64,000 bases of DNA from Chloroflexota bacterium (GTDB taxonomy: Bacteria; Chloroflexota; Dehalococcoidia; Lucifugimonadales; JADFKI01). Positions within the stretch are counted from its first letter, which is position 1; each line of letters starts with the position of its first letter. The notes below the pieces were generated by a model. It ran no database searches. It had not been told where the DNA came from and was given only the letters and a program-made list of their open reading frames with translations. The DNA lies in contig JAQBUT010000015.1 in NCBI GenBank assembly GCA_027623195.1, forward strand, positions 1 to 64,000, given 5' to 3'. The translations under genes and the position numbers were made by a program. Below, piece after piece: positions 62,262 to 64,000 of the stretch.

Positions 62262-62648
62262 ATGCCGAATTACACCTATGACCACATTCATCTACGCACC
62301 CGTGACCCTGAGGCGACGACGAAGTACTACCATGATATGTTTGGCGCGAAAATCATCGAATCTGTGCAGTCGGACGGGCAGAGCCGCATCGATATGGACC
62401 TCAACGGGCTGGTGATATTCATTGCCCGTGTTGCTCCGGAAAACGACATTCCCCTTCCTCCAGCCGACCCGCACATGGGGCTCGACCACTTCGGCCTGCG
62501 TGTCGATAACCTGGAGGAAGCCGCCGCCGACCTCAAGAGCAAGGGCGCCGAGTTCAGCATGGAGCCGAAGGACCTTCGCCCAGGGGTAAGGATCGCCTTT
62601 GTCCGCGCTCCGGACGACGTTCGAATCGAGCTTCTCGAACGCAGTTAG
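62262..62648 (+). CDS. VOC / glyoxalase family protein
   Basis: YDHIHL, GLDHFGLRV, FVRAPDDVRIELLE; GGGGAG RBS before ATG 62262. Confidence 0.88.
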   Translation: MPNYTYDHIHLRTRDPEATTKYYHDMFGAKIIESVQSDGQSRIDMDLNGLVIFIARVAPENDIPLPPADPHMGLDHFGLRVDNLEEAAADLKSKGAEFSMEPKDLRPGVRIAFVRAPDDVRIELLERS

Positions 62649-62723
62649 CCGGTTACGGCTTTATGCGCTGCATGGGCAAGCAGACAAAGTGCTCTAGCCC
62701 GTATTGCTAGAATTTGTCGACAC

Positions 62724-63104
62724 CTAGCTGTGCACGGAGGGCGGTTCGCCTTCCAGGAAGTGCGTGCCCTCGAAGGGGCGCTGCACGGGAAAGAAGGTGA
62801 GTATCTTCGCCTCTTCCGTGCCTTCGTTGGTGAATCCATGAGGAACATTTGGAGGTATGACCAGCGTGTGGTCAGCGCTAACCTCTGCCTCCACATCGCC
62901 AAGTCGCGCCTTCAATGTGCCCCGTAACACCACGATAATCTCGTCGGCCTCATGCGTGTGGAGTGGCGCGCCCGTGCCCACGCCGACGGTGCTGTGCGAG
63001 ACGTTGCTGCTGGTGGTGCCGTCGCCCTCCTGGGTGATGGCCCATTTGCGGTAATTAGGTCGCCACGGAACCTCCGGGGCAGTGCTATGGTCGATAATCG
63101 GCAT
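62724..63104 (-). CDS. cupin domain protein
   Basis: PLHTHEADE, IPPNVPHGF. Confidence 0.88.
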   Translation of the reverse strand: MPIIDHSTAPEVPWRPNYRKWAITQEGDGTTSSNVSHSTVGVGTGAPLHTHEADEIIVVLRGTLKARLGDVEAEVSADHTLVIPPNVPHGFTNEGTEEAKILTFFPVQRPFEGTHFLEGEPPSVHS

Positions 63105-63237
63105 CTTGAATTCCTCATCCAACATTTTGTTGCTGTAGGCAAAGTATCCAATGGAGCCTAGGCATGTCAAATACCGGACCTACGCCGTGTTATACTCCCG
63201 GCGCTAACCAACCCATATAAGAAATCGGGAGATTAAA

Positions 63238-64000
63238 ATGTTCGACGTTGTTATTCTCGGTGGAACGATCGTTGACGGCTCGGGGTCGCCTGGATATCAG
63301 GCGGACATCGGGATAAATGGCGAGACCATTACAGCCATCGGGGACCTGTTTTCCGCTGATGCAGAACGTGAAATAGACGCCGTGGGTCTCACGGTATCGC
63401 CAGGATTCATAGACACCCACGCTCACTCTGATGCGGTGCTCCTGACCGACCCTCAGCACGCCGACGGTCTCCGGCAGGGCATTACCACCGAGATACTTGG
63501 CCAGGACGGTCTGTCCTACGCACCTCTTTCGCCCGAGAACTACAGGGCCAACCGGCGTTACCTGGCCGGTCTTCTCGGCGAGCCGCCGGCAGGCCTGGAT
63601 ATGAGCAGCATCACTGCATTCCGATCCCACTACCACAAGAAGGTTTCGATAAACACCGCGTATCCGATACCCCACGGCGCAGTGCGATTGGAGAGCGTTG
63701 GCTTCCACGACAAACCCCTCGAAGGAGCCTCGTTGGACAAGGCGAGGCAGATCATTAGGGACGGTATGGAGCAGGGGGCCGTGGGACTATCCACTGGCAT
63801 GTCCTACCTGCCAAACGCCTGGAGCACCACGGAGGAACTGATAGAACTCTGCAAAGTCGTCAAGGAGTACGACGGCGTCTACATTACCCACCTGCGGGAT
63901 GTTAACACGGACCGCGCCTTCGGCAATGGCGGCGTTCCCGAGGCCCTCGAAATAGGCCGACGCTCCGGCGTAAAGGTGCACTTTTCGCACTACCGCACCA
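63238..64000 (+). CDS. N-acyl-D-amino-acid deacylase (D-aminoacylase) family amidohydrolase, partial (runs off window)
   Basis: My translation: MFDVVILGGTIVDGSG...ADIGI...VSPGFIDTHAHSD...QGITTEILGQDG; not in the ORF track because it has no stop in the window. Confidence 0.88.
   Translation, partial: MFDVVILGGTIVDGSGSPGYQADIGINGETITAIGDLFSADAEREIDAVGLTVSPGFIDTHAHSDAVLLTDPQHADGLRQGITTEILGQDGLSYAPLSPENYRANRRYLAGLLGEPPAGLDMSSITAFRSHYHKKVSINTAYPIPHGAVRLESVGFHDKPLEGASLDKARQIIRDGMEQGAVGLSTGMSYLPNAWSTTEELIELCKVVKEYDGVYITHLRDVNTDRAFGNGGVPEALEIGRRSGVKVHFSHYRT

Overview
Bacterial chromosomal window, inferred from gene content to be Chloroflexota, probably Dehalococcoidia/SAR202-like (LLM monooxygenase plus alpha/beta hydrolase, fused CaiB CoA-transferase, NHL protein, several SDR and MFS genes). 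It holds about 60 CDSs. Housekeeping genes are glyA, hpf, thrC, folE, tmk, pdxST, gap, eno and hpt. I saw no rRNA, tRNA, CRISPR array, integrase or transposase. Most notable: (1) a SelW/Rdx-family selenoprotein gene with a CxxU motif read through an in-frame TGA (41277-41561), absent from the ORF track, with its own promoter, candidate SECIS and terminator; (2) a mycothiol-like thiol pathway set (MshA-like, MshD-like, PIG-L deacetylase, MDMPI-family protein) in an apparent non-actinobacterium, with the MshA-like gene downstream of thrC-folE-GNAT; (3) a TAT-less reductive-dehalogenase-like corrinoid/Fe-S protein; (4) an orphan, AT-richer HEPN-like gene next to gap; (5) a disrupted secreted coiled-coil/beta-hairpin protein gene (1-nt frameshift plus in-frame TAG); (6) enzyme/pseudo-enzyme pairs and a transketolase-like protein with an altered ThDP motif; (7) a candidate structured RNA upstream of the CoA-transferase. 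All family calls come from motif recognition by eye, not database searches.
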